From: a virus
Direction: 5' to 3' (one strand)
IMG/VR virus record: IMGVR_UViG_3300047444_000783
Span: 1-64,000 of that record
DNA length: 64,000 nt
A model generated the notes under the pieces. It made no database searches. It was not told the origin of the DNA and was given only the letters and a program-made list of their open reading frames with translations. The position numbers and the translations under genes were made by a program. Below, piece after piece: positions 23,769 to 33,600 of the stretch; within the stretch, counting starts at the first letter, position 1; each line of letters opens with the position of its first letter.

Positions 23769-25096
23769 TAGAAGTTCCAGACCGCGTTTTCTGCCGGTTC
23801 TTCCTTGGCTGGTTCGGGAGTCGGTTCCGGAGTTGCAGCCTGGGCCGCGGCTGGCGGTGGAGTTACGGGCGGCGGTGCGTCCGGCGCCGCCGGTTCCGGC
23901 TTCTTCCGGGCGTTCTTCTTTGGCCCCGCTTCATTGGCGGCTGGCACTGGAGGCATCGGCCATGGCTTGACGATGGCCGACGTGTAGAAGTTCTGAATTT
24001 GCTGCGGTGTGAAATTATCCCGCTTGCACCATTCCTGGAAGGCCTTAATCCATCGACTGATTTCCGAGATGTCGCCCTTCAGTGCCGCGTTAAGCATTTC
24101 CCTGTGCGCCGCGTTGAGTCCCAATTGTCCGCAGATGTAGTCTATCTCGATCTCCTCGGCCGACTGGGCGAATGGGCGAGTCTGAACGTTCTCAATGTTG
24201 GCCGGATAGAATTCAGACGTCATCGCCTTACCCTGCTCCTGCTCGGTCTCGACATCAATCGGCGGCGTGTCGTCCTCGCTGTGCTCGGCCAACTGTCGGA
24301 CGGCCGTAATCTGGCTGGCGTACGCGGTCGAGTGCTCCAGCAGTTTCGGAACAAGCTGAGAGAAATCGGACTGCCGGAACTCGATGTTCACGAAGAACGC
24401 GCTGCCGCTCTTCTTCTTACCTTGTGGGTCGGTGTAGCGAGTCTTGCCCGGCCGCATGACGATCTTCAGCGGAATTCCGCGGAGTCGGCCACCGGTGATC
24501 GACTGGATCTGCAGCAGTGACGAGTGGATCCGCACGATGCTCTCGTACGAGGTCGTCGTGTAACTGGCGACGCTCCCCATGATCGGCCGGTCCTTGAAGA
24601 TGAATGACAGTTGCCCGCTTGGCTTGCACCGTCCCTGATCCAGGTCCGGGCAGGCGTCGCCGCACGGCGCCCATTCGATAGACTGCTCGTTCTTGTGCTT
24701 CGCAGCCTCGGCAGGCGGTAGCGCGGAGATCGAGCGCATGGCCGTCTGGCCATTGCCAGAACATTTCTTTTCGCTCGCGGCCCACCATGCGAGTTCGGTC
24801 TTAAAGACCTCGTCAATGTTGTCCGACAGAAAAATGATGTCGAATTCTCGGAGTGGCAGATACCCCTTCTTGCCATCGACCTGGACTTCCGGCATGTAGA
24901 GCGACTGAAGCTGTTCGGTAAACGGCTTGTCGTCGACCCATTCCCCATCCTTATTCTTCGCCCGGATGTGGAAATGGTCGCTTTTCTGTGGGTAGTTCTT
25001 CCCGTCGGTCGCGGGAATCCCGATCGAAACCTTGTAGGCGACGGCCAGTCGCTGTATCGGCGTGAGGTCTTCGCGGTGCGTCAGTCCAATTATCAA
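23768..25096 (-). CDS. Gp3-like (recombination directionality factor-like) protein
   Basis: AGGAGG SD + TTG at 25096; KVSIG...YPQKSDHF, KKCSGNG, CKP.G.L.F, TTTSY.S, G.L.GIPL. Confidence 0.65.
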   Translation of the reverse strand: MIIGLTHREDLTPIQRLAVAYKVSIGIPATDGKNYPQKSDHFHIRAKNKDGEWVDDKPFTEQLQSLYMPEVQVDGKKGYLPLREFDIIFLSDNIDEVFKTELAWWAASEKKCSGNGQTAMRSISALPPAEAAKHKNEQSIEWAPCGDACPDLDQGRCKPSGQLSFIFKDRPIMGSVASYTTTSYESIVRIHSSLLQIQSITGGRLRGIPLKIVMRPGKTRYTDPQGKKKSGSAFFVNIEFRQSDFSQLVPKLLEHSTAYASQITAVRQLAEHSEDDTPPIDVETEQEQGKAMTSEFYPANIENVQTRPFAQSAEEIEIDYICGQLGLNAAHREMLNAALKGDISEISRWIKAFQEWCKRDNFTPQQIQNFYTSAIVKPWPMPPVPAANEAGPKKNARKKPEPAAPDAPPPVTPPPAAAQAATPEPTPEPAKEEPAENAVWNF

Positions 25097-25104
25097 GGGT
25101 CCTC

Positions 25105-25359
25105 CTAGTGAATCGGTGTGATGAGTACGCGGCCGGTTGCAAATGACGGGAGCGCGGCTATCCCGACGCCCATCTGCCGGTACTGGTCGTCCGGCTGCTC
25201 GCCGTCCGGAACGTTCGTTTCGAGCGAAACGAAATCGTAGTCGGTTGACGGTCCGGTGTAATTCGTCTGCCCACCATCCCGAACGTCCCATCTGACGGTC
25301 ATGACTTGGCCCGTGTGCCGGTTGACGAACTTATAAACGTTTGCAAATTTAGGTACCAT
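25105..25359 (-). CDS. hypothetical protein
   Basis: GGAGG SD + ATG at 25359. Confidence 0.6.
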   Translation of the reverse strand: MVPKFANVYKFVNRHTGQVMTVRWDVRDGGQTNYTGPSTDYDFVSLETNVPDGEQPDDQYRQMGVGIAALPSFATGRVLITPIH

Positions 25360-25429
25360 TGGTCCTCCGTTTACGATTTCAAGTGCGGTCCTTCTGGATA
25401 GCAGCCCGAGTTGCCGGAACTGCAGCGCT

Positions 25430-25720
25430 TCAAGCGCTCGGTGCGTTGTTGCCATGAACTTTTCGCTTCGACAGCCGGTCGAGCGCTGCCTTGACCTTGG
25501 CCATACATTCCTCCGGCAGCGACCTCTGCAGGCGCGCCCGCTTGAGAATGTAGCTGTACATTTCCTTCTTGATACCCGCCGCTTCGCACAATTGAGTCTT
25601 GTTCAGACCCAGGCGCATGCGCCGGTTCTCCAGTGCGATCACGCGATCCATGATCACGCGTTCCACGCTTTTTTCTCCCAAACCACGTAACTCCCTTGGT
25701 GTGGTCAGTTTATTCATCAC
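25430..25720 (-). CDS. XRE/Cro-like helix-turn-helix regulator
   Basis: RMRLGLNKTQLCEAAGIKKEMYSYILKR. Confidence 0.7.
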   Translation of the reverse strand: MMNKLTTPRELRGLGEKSVERVIMDRVIALENRRMRLGLNKTQLCEAAGIKKEMYSYILKRARLQRSLPEECMAKVKAALDRLSKRKVHGNNAPSA

Positions 25721-25744
25721 GCCGGACGTCCCGGCTGCCCGATG

Positions 25745-25788
25745 ACGCTAACACGCTGCGGCGTTAAACTCAATTTAAATTATTAAAT
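25745..25788 (-). promoter_or_regulatory. sigma70-type promoter TTGAGT-N17-TAGCGT (extended -10 TG) with the same 19-bp element
   Basis: -35 at 25773-25768, -10 at 25750-25745; ATTTAATAATTTAAATTGA. Confidence 0.7.
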
Positions 25789-25794
25789 TAGAAT

Positions 25795-26007
25795 CTACTT
25801 TTGAGGCTTCTTACCGTAGAGAGACTTTAGCGCGCCGGACGTAGAGGATTCATCCTTATCAAATAGGTTGCAGCAACCTGACGACTGTATGGTCCCGTCA
25901 ACCAATTCGCATGAGGACTTTCCGTTGAAATGCTTGCAGTGGCCGCAGTCAAACGGCCCTTGGTCAGGACCGAGATATCCGGCCTGCGACTTGGTCGCCT
26001 TCGCCAT
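25795..26007 (-). CDS. HiPIP-like iron-sulfur protein
   Basis: Y...CGHCKHF...CELVDGTI...GCCNLF. Confidence 0.65.
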   Translation of the reverse strand: MAKATKSQAGYLGPDQGPFDCGHCKHFNGKSSCELVDGTIQSSGCCNLFDKDESSTSGALKSLYGKKPQK

Positions 26008-26199
26008 CTATCGGCCGGCCGACCGGCCGCGGGAGCGGCCAGTCTTCCGCTTGTTCGACATCCCGGCCTCGCTTAGGCTGATCGCGATCGCCTGCTTACG
26101 CGAGGTCACGACCTTGCCGCCTTTGCCGGAGTGAAGATCGCCGGCGCCGAATCGCTTCATTTCTTCTTTGACGCCTTCCCTACCTTGCTGTACTGGCAT
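26008..26199 (-). CDS. DUF6496-like small basic protein
   Basis: MKRF..GDLHSG.GGKVVTSRKQAIAISLSEA. Confidence 0.75.
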   Translation of the reverse strand: MPVQQGREGVKEEMKRFGAGDLHSGKGGKVVTSRKQAIAISLSEAGMSNKRKTGRSRGRSAGR

Positions 26200-26431
26200 G
26201 CTCTTCCTCCGTTATCGGTCTTGCTGGCGCGCCCGGCTCGATGATCCGCCGCAGGTACGATCCGAATGACGGCGCCTCGAGCGCCGCCTGATACAGTTCG
26301 GGCGTCACCCCGTGGTAGTCCCATATCTGGTCGTTGCCGTAGCGGACTCTCAGCACCTGATTCGCCCGGTCGTACCCCTGCTCTTTGTGGTTGCCGCTCT
26401 CGCTGTCGATCGGCTGCATATCGAACGACAT
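26180..26431 (-). CDS. KTSC domain protein
   Basis: GYD....LRVRY....DYHGV...Y.....APSFGSYL. Confidence 0.85.
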   Translation of the reverse strand: MSFDMQPIDSESGNHKEQGYDRANQVLRVRYGNDQIWDYHGVTPELYQAALEAPSFGSYLRRIIEPGAPARPITEEEHASTAR

Positions 26432-26991
26432 TATTTCGCCGCCGCCTGCGCCATGTTCTGGATCGTCGTCGTCTTGTCGGCCGAACCGGCAGACGAGCCG
26501 AAGTAATACGTCAGGACGGTCATCAGTGCCGCGTCGAGCGTACCGAGCACGCGCCCGAGGATCACGGCGTACGATGGATCGACCGGACCCTTAAGACCCC
26601 AGATCAGCAGGTACCCCTCGGCGAGCGTCGTCAGGATGACCACCGCGTACGCGAGTCGCATCGGCGTCTTATCCTTAACCCCGAGTTCGCGCCCGCGCGC
26701 GTTCGCCCGGTCGGCCGCTGCCAGATCTTCCATGTGCTGGGCGTTGTTGATTCCCAGTTGCGCCATCTGGACCTGAAATTCCTGATCAAGTTGCTTGAGT
26801 TTGACCATGATGTCCGGATCTTTCGACTGCGCTTCAGCCAGGACCTGCTCCAGGTTGTCTGGCGTCGGGACGACCGTCCCACCCAAAGCCCCGCTGATCA
26901 TCCTGGCGGCCATCGCGCCGAACGGCGGAGGCAGCGGCAGGGCGGTCGCGAGGTTGGGCAGCACGGTCTTGAGGATCGTTGAGAAACTCAT
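26431..26991 (-). CDS. holin-like membrane protein
   Basis: DRANARGRE, two C-terminal TMs, YYFGSSAGS; lies in the lysis module. Confidence 0.7.
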   Translation of the reverse strand: MSFSTILKTVLPNLATALPLPPPFGAMAARMISGALGGTVVPTPDNLEQVLAEAQSKDPDIMVKLKQLDQEFQVQMAQLGINNAQHMEDLAAADRANARGRELGVKDKTPMRLAYAVVILTTLAEGYLLIWGLKGPVDPSYAVILGRVLGTLDAALMTVLTYYFGSSAGSADKTTTIQNMAQAAAK

Positions 26992-26993
26992 CG

Positions 26994-27167
26994 TTATCTC
27001 CCGGCCGAACGGCCCTTGCTACGCTTGGCTGTCGGTCTCTGATATGTGGTCGCGCCTGGCCGGGCCGCCGGCTTCTCGCGTAAGGTCATCGGGCTGGTCT
27101 TTCGGCCAACCTCTTCGATGCCTTTGAATGACGCGCCCACTGCACCGTTCTTTGGAACCTTGATCAT
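26994..27167 (-). CDS. small basic protein (57 aa) ending GRSAGR, not in the ORF track
   Basis: AAAGGA SD, ATGA overlap with the endolysin stop. Confidence 0.6.
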   Translation of the reverse strand: MIKVPKNGAVGASFKGIEEVGRKTSPMTLREKPAARPGATTYQRPTAKRSKGRSAGR

Positions 27168-27661
27168 ACGTTTCCTTTCAGGAATGTCTTGGCGAAGTCA
27201 TAACAATCGAAAGCGCGGCGCGTCCAGCCATGTCCGAGGCGGTAGAACTGCAGGTCTGTCGTGTACGAGATCGTACGCAGAACAAAGAACTCCTTCAGCA
27301 CGGCCTCGACGCCAGTCTGGGCCACGCGGATCGTCACCGGGCCGATAAGACCGTCCGGCTTAAGCCCGATCGTCTCCTGCAGGATCTTCACGGCAGTACC
27401 TGGCCCCTGATTCACCGCCGTGTCGAAGAGCGCGACCGCGAGTGCCGGCGGTAGCTCGTCACCGTGGACCTTATCCCAATAGCGCTCCTTATATGTCTGG
27501 CGCTTCTGGTCGTCCGTCAGGCTGGTGACGTCCAGGTCCGGGTTCGCAACCTGCGATATCCCGGCGTTTGTCAGACCGCCCGGATCTTGCGGGTCGGCTG
27601 TGATGACGTTCTTTTCGATCCCGAGTGTGAACGCGTACGCCTGATCGAATGTGCTCATCAA
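27164..27661 (-). CDS. endolysin, glycoside hydrolase family 108 with peptidoglycan-binding C-terminus
   Basis: E....DPQDPGGLTNAGIS, YKERYWD, FDTAVNQG, DGLIGPVT, GWTRR. Confidence 0.88.
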   Translation of the reverse strand: MMSTFDQAYAFTLGIEKNVITADPQDPGGLTNAGISQVANPDLDVTSLTDDQKRQTYKERYWDKVHGDELPPALAVALFDTAVNQGPGTAVKILQETIGLKPDGLIGPVTIRVAQTGVEAVLKEFFVLRTISYTTDLQFYRLGHGWTRRAFDCYDFAKTFLKGNV

Positions 27662-27684
27662 TTAAAGGATATGGCGCGCGTCAA

Positions 27685-30600
27685 CTACTGCGGCGGCACC
27701 GGCACTTCGTCAGGCATGAACAGGCTTGGCGGTCCCGGGATCGGCGGCAGTCCCAGATATGGCTGCTGTTCCTTCGGTGTCGATTTGAAGGACTTAGCAT
27801 CGATCTGCTGCTGGAGCGCCATCTTGGACGCCAGCAGGTCCTTTCGTTTCTCCGGGTCAGTCGTCTTACGTAGGACCTCGTCGACGACCCGGATCTGATG
27901 TTCTGGACTCTTCATCATGCGCTCGATATCGCTCGAACCGATGCCGGCCTGGCCTGGGAATGTCGGGTTCGGAGTCTGCCGCGCGTCGTTCCGGTCGATG
28001 ATGCTGGAGATAATAGCGTTCCGGTCGGCCTCGCTGATATTGTCGGCCTCCCATTCGACGTACGCGTTATCCAGTTTCCGCATGTCCTCGTCATGGAAGG
28101 CACCGAGCATCGACTTGTCGTTGTACCAGTCGGCGCGATCTCCCTGGTTCGGATCGACCGAATGGATCCCGAGCGCACGCTTCCAGCCGAACGGGCCGTC
28201 CGACGTCGTCCACTTGTAGAGCAGTGAGTCCGGCGTATCCATCTGCTGGGCGCGCAGGTATTGCATGTACGGTCCGATCAACTGCTTGACGAAGTACTCG
28301 CGCATCAACTGCTTGCCCGTCTCCGTCTGCGGGTAGCCTTTTGCCGGATCTCCCCAGAGGTTCGGTTCGGACTTCGAGACGATCTCTTTGCCGGTGAACG
28401 AGTCGCGGTTTGCGCTGATGTCGTGGAACGCCCGCCCGATCGGATTCAGCATCTGCTCGAGCATCGCACCCGGTGCCGTCGGCCAGGTCGCGCGCGCCTG
28501 ATGTCCAAAGACGTCCTCTGCCTGCTGGCGTGCCGCCTGTTCCCACGTCCATTTACCTTCGAGCACCTTGTCGATGTTTGGTTCAAGCGTATGCAGACCA
28601 AACCAGCGCTTCACGACGTCCGTCGGAAGTTCAAGGTCGATCGTCTCCGGCTTTCCGTCGGCGTCGCGGAATCCCGTGTTGATGTGCGTCATCTCCTTCT
28701 TCCAGTCCGCGACATCCTTCTCGAGATTCGGGTACATGTAATGGTTCCAGATCATGATCGCAACGATCGGCAGCGCGACCGACAGCCAGAACTTATCGCC
28801 CGGGAAGATTTTCCCTTGAGCGGTTGCACGCTTTAGCCACGGTCCGATGATTCCGACGGCGAACGAACTGAACGGGAAGACCGTGCTGTAGACGTACCGC
28901 ATACGCTGGCTGGTTGCCCCGTAGTCGGTCGTCAGTTCGCGAGCCGCCTTACCGGCCGCCATCTCCGGCGGAAGCCCCTTGACGTTCGCGCCGCGCGCGA
29001 TAATCGGCTTACCCTGCTTGATCCGCTCCATGTTGGCTAGGAACGACGCGACCTTCGGCAGGCTGTGCACGATATTCGAGTACCGCTGGAACTCCCGGAG
29101 CATGTCGCCGATCGGATTATTGCCCCACGGGGTGATCTTCTCGAGCGTCGAGGTCTCTCGATACTGGCGGAGGCCTGGCGCGTTCGCCGCTCGAGGAACT
29201 CCGCCGGTCGCCATGAACGTCGAGTTCCAGATCCGCGCTTCCTCCATTAAATCCACAATCTGCTGATATTGTGGTGGCGGTAGTTTCTTGCGCAAGATGT
29301 TGAGTGCTTCCGGCTGCTTGGCCAGCGCTCCCATGTCCTCCGCCCAGAGCGTCATCTGGTTACCGATCGTGATGTGTGTGAAGTAACTCAGGTCCGGCAC
29401 GCCCGTCGTGAGAGTGCTCAGGATCGGCTTGATCGTCGTGACCGACAGTTTCCACGCGTTCGTTGCCGCGCGAATCATCTCACCGAACCCGCTGACGTTA
29501 TTGCTTTCGCGGAAGTGCTCGAGTTTGTCCGCGATCGCCGCCGGCAGAAGGTAAGTCTTGTGCTTACCGCCCAACGCGAGCACGTTCCGCGTCAGATCCT
29601 CTCCCATGTCGGTCATTATCGGCGGCCGGCGCGCGCCTCCGAGTATCGCGTTGCGCAGGTTTGCGATATCGGCGATCAGTTCGTCCGCTCCTAAGTGGAG
29701 CGCATCCTGAACAACTTCCTCGTTGATAGCCTGGACCGGGTAGATAATGTTGCCCGGGTTGAACTGGAATCCCTTCAGAACGTTTCCCGCCTGGTCGCGG
29801 TAGATTTTCCCTGGCTTGACTTGGCCAGACTGTCCGAGTAGCTGAACCAATTGCGGCTGCGTCAGTTTTGGCAGGACATCGTTCTCGGCCGCCGCGCGTT
29901 CGATGAAGTCGTCGATCATGTTGTGGGCGTACGCGCGTGTCCCGTACTGCTCCATCACGTGGATCCAGTCGGCATCGTGCGGCGTCTGGTGACCCACTCG
30001 TTCCTTCAGGTACAGGCGGCGAGGCGTCTGCATGCGGTATGGAAGTCCGGGCATCCGGTCCATCGCATCGCCCAACTCGTGGATCAGCATATTCGGGAAG
30101 TACTTCGCGCGACCGTCGTTCGGATCCGCCTTACCGCGGGAGACGAAGTCGTTCCACATCTCCTCCATCCACTGGTGATGACGGTCTACGGCGTCCAGGA
30201 CGGCAGGAGTTGAAATGGATCTTAGCCGGTTGATCTCAGCGTCGATTCGCGTCAGTTTGCTCGTTCCGGCCAGCGGGATCCGGCTTTCGCCAGACCTCTT
30301 GCCAGTCTCGTACATGTCTTCCCAGAAGATGATACGGCGAAACACGTCATATTCGACCGGATGTAACCCCTTGACGACCCATTCCATTTTCTTCTGAGTC
30401 TGGGCAGCCGCGTCGTTGATGATCTCCAGCGCGCGGCGGATGCGCTCGGCGAATAACGGGAAGTCCTTGATATCCTCGTTGTAGCGGGCGGCCGTCGCAA
30501 ACCGGTAGACCTGTGCCGGTATTGCCCTCATTTTTGTCCAAATGTTGCCCTGCGGCCCCGGCAGACTGTCCAGCCGGCGTATATCAGGATCCGATGACTG

Positions 30601-33600
30601 GACCAGACTCGCCTGGATCGGGGCTGGCTGCCGGCCACGCCAGAAGTTGAGCGCGCCCGCCTCACCCTTCAGTTTAGCGACGACCGCCTGCATGAACGGC
30701 TTGTCCGCCTGCAGGTCTTCGGGCGAGCGCTCCCAATCGCCGATCGGCGCGATACGGTTGCCCATGGCTGCGATACGCGAGATCGGGCCGTGCTCCCCAA
30801 GTGACAAGCCTGACGGCGTATGCGTTAGCGTCCAATTGCCTTTCTTCTCGAGACTCGGGGTCATCGCGAGGCCTGGTGCGATCTGCCATCCTTCTATCGG
30901 TTCGCGCCCATCCTTCCGGGCAGTGTTGACGGTGACCGATCGGTAGGTCTTACCGTCGAGCGTCATCGTCTTGGCGGTCTTGGCAACCGCAGATGGCCCC
31001 TCAACCGGCTTTATTCCTAATGCACTAGGAACGGCCGCCGGGCTGCCTGGCCCTTCGACGGCCGCCGGCACTTTCGGTTCCGCCGGTTCGTTCGCCATCG
31101 CCTCGTGCTCTGGCAGTACCGGCATCCCGCGCTCTTTGTTCTGGGCGATCAACTCCCTCAGCCGCGGGCGGTCCTTCTCGAGTTGCGCGTGGTATTCGCT
31201 GGCCTTCTGATCGGCCGCCTTGACCACGTCCTCGCGCTTCAGCCGCTCCTGCTCGAGCGCTTCGATGCCCGTCCGGTGCTGCTCGATCATCCGCTGCGCG
31301 TAATCCGGGCTGCCGGTCCCGTCCTGGATCTGCTTCGTGTACTCTTCGATGCGCGCCTGGCGGCCGGCGATCTCGTTGTTGACCTTCTCGAGCATCCGCC
31401 GCGCTTCGACGATGTCGTCGCCTTCGACGTCCTTGAGTTTCTTCTCGGTCTCGGTAATCCGCCGACTCGTCTGCCAGTACTCGAGCGTCGACGGATCGAT
31501 CTGGGCGTCCGCTGATATATCAGCGTAGTTGCGGTGATCCTGGTCGAAGTCCATGACTTCGTTCGAATCGCCGAACCACAGTTCCTCTAACCACTTTGCT
31601 TTACGCGCCAGCACCGCGTACATCTTCGCGTCCGACGTCCCCTTACCGACGTACCGGTGGACCCGGACAATCCCGCGCGGAAGTCCTGTCTTCTTATCGA
31701 TGTTGCCCTGACGGACTCCGCGGCCTTCACGCTGCTCGAGCGCGGCCGGCGTCCACGGCACATCGTAGTGGTGGATGTCAGTCGTACTGGACTGCAGGTT
31801 CATGCCCTCGCCCATCGAGGCGGTTGTCCCGATCAGGAATCGGATCTTGCCTTCGGCGTTCGCCTGCTGAACCGCAAACTTCTTCTTCGGCCCGTTGTTC
31901 GAACCCTGGTTAATGATCGCGATCTGGTCTTCAGGAATACCGAGCGCCATCAGGGCTTTCTTGAGTTCTTTGTGGATGTTGACCAGTTCATAGGTCTTCA
32001 TCTTGACCTTCGCGTCCGGATCCACCGGCCCCGGCGCTGGCGTCACGCTCGGATCGACTGCCGAATTCGCTTCGTCCTCGCCTTCGGTACTCTCGTCGGC
32101 CGACAGATTGCCGGAGTCATCCTCGACGTCGATCGCCTTGATGTGATCCTCGTTCCCATCCTCGAGGAACATCTTGATCAGCCGTTCCTGATCGCCTCCG
32201 ACCGGCACACGTGCGATCGCGCGGTAGAGATCCATGAAGATCAGTTGCGTATTGTCGCCCTGGTCGGACTGCTTCACCTGCTGGATGATCTCGTGGAGTT
32301 TGGATCCTTCACGGCCGAGCAGCTTGCGGTAACGAATTGGGTTGTAGACCGCCAGATCGGCTGCGAGTTTGCGCGCGACCGTCAACAGGTTGATCGGGAT
32401 CCAGCCGTTCGCCGCCGCTTCCTTGAAGTTCCGCGTGATCCAGTCGTCAATGTCAGCGATACGTGCGGCTTCGAAACTGGTCTCAGGCGACGGATTGAGA
32501 ACGTGCTCGACGTACTGCGCCGTAGGCCGCTGCAGGGCGAACGCGCTCGTCGGCCGCATGTCGATATAGCGGCGGAAGATTGGCCGCAGGTCGTTCATGT
32601 TCTTATAGCCAATAAAATTCACGCGGATCTTTGGCACGCCAGTCGTGCCGGCTTCTTCCGTCTGGCCGACGATCCCGAAGTTATTGACGAACTGCCCTGC
32701 GTCGTTGATGCCGCGGTCCCTCCACTCATCGGGCGCAACATACTGCAGCATGTTGTAGATCTCGATCGGATTATTTGGCGTCGGCGTGGCCGTCAATCCC
32801 CAGACGTTCTGGCCCTTACGCCCGGACTTGCGTTCGTGAATATAGCGGGTCTTGTACAGCATGTCGGCCGCGCGCTGCGAGTACGAGGCCGCGTGCAGCC
32901 ATTCCGACATGTCCATGTACTGGACTGGTGCGTTTTTGTAGTTATGTAACTCGTCCCCAATGATGGAATCGATGCCCGTATCCTCGAAGAAGATTGCGTT
33001 CGTCTTCTTCATGTCCTGGATCGCCGCAAGTTTGCCGCGCATCTTGCGGATCTGCTCCTGGATCACGGTCTCCATCTTCCGGTTCGCCTGGGCACCCGTC
33101 TTCTCCTTCATCTGGCGTAGACGGTCCTCGTACTGCCGGATGTCTTCCTCGAAGTAGTCTTCAGCCGCGCGCAGCGGGATTTCCTTCATCCCCTCGTACG
33201 TCGCAATGATGTAGTCGGGGCTGGACATCGCCACCTGATGGAGCATCCGGTTGCGATTCTTCGAGTTCATTTCGCTCAGGTTGAGGATCTGGGCGGTCGG
33301 GAACAACTCTCCTATCTCATACGCCCAGTTGCCAGCGACCTTGGCTGGCACGACAAGCAGCGGTTTATTGATCAGCCCGCGCTGACGAGCAATCGCGATC
33401 ATCGTGATCGCCTGGCTGGTCTTTCCGGCGCCTACGCCGTGTGCATTAATTCCCGAGCGTGTGCGTAATAATTGCTCAGTCGCCTCCCACTGGTGTTTAT
33501 GAATAGCCAGCGGCTTGCCCTTGAAATTAGCAGCCAACCCTTCGATGGCCTGCTCCTTGCCTTCGAATGATGGATGGCGGAACGATCGGAACATCCGGTT

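Noticed and set aside
25097-25291. N-terminal extension of the Gp3-like ORF
   Set aside because: It overlaps the upstream gene; AGGAGG + TTG at 25096 is the better start.
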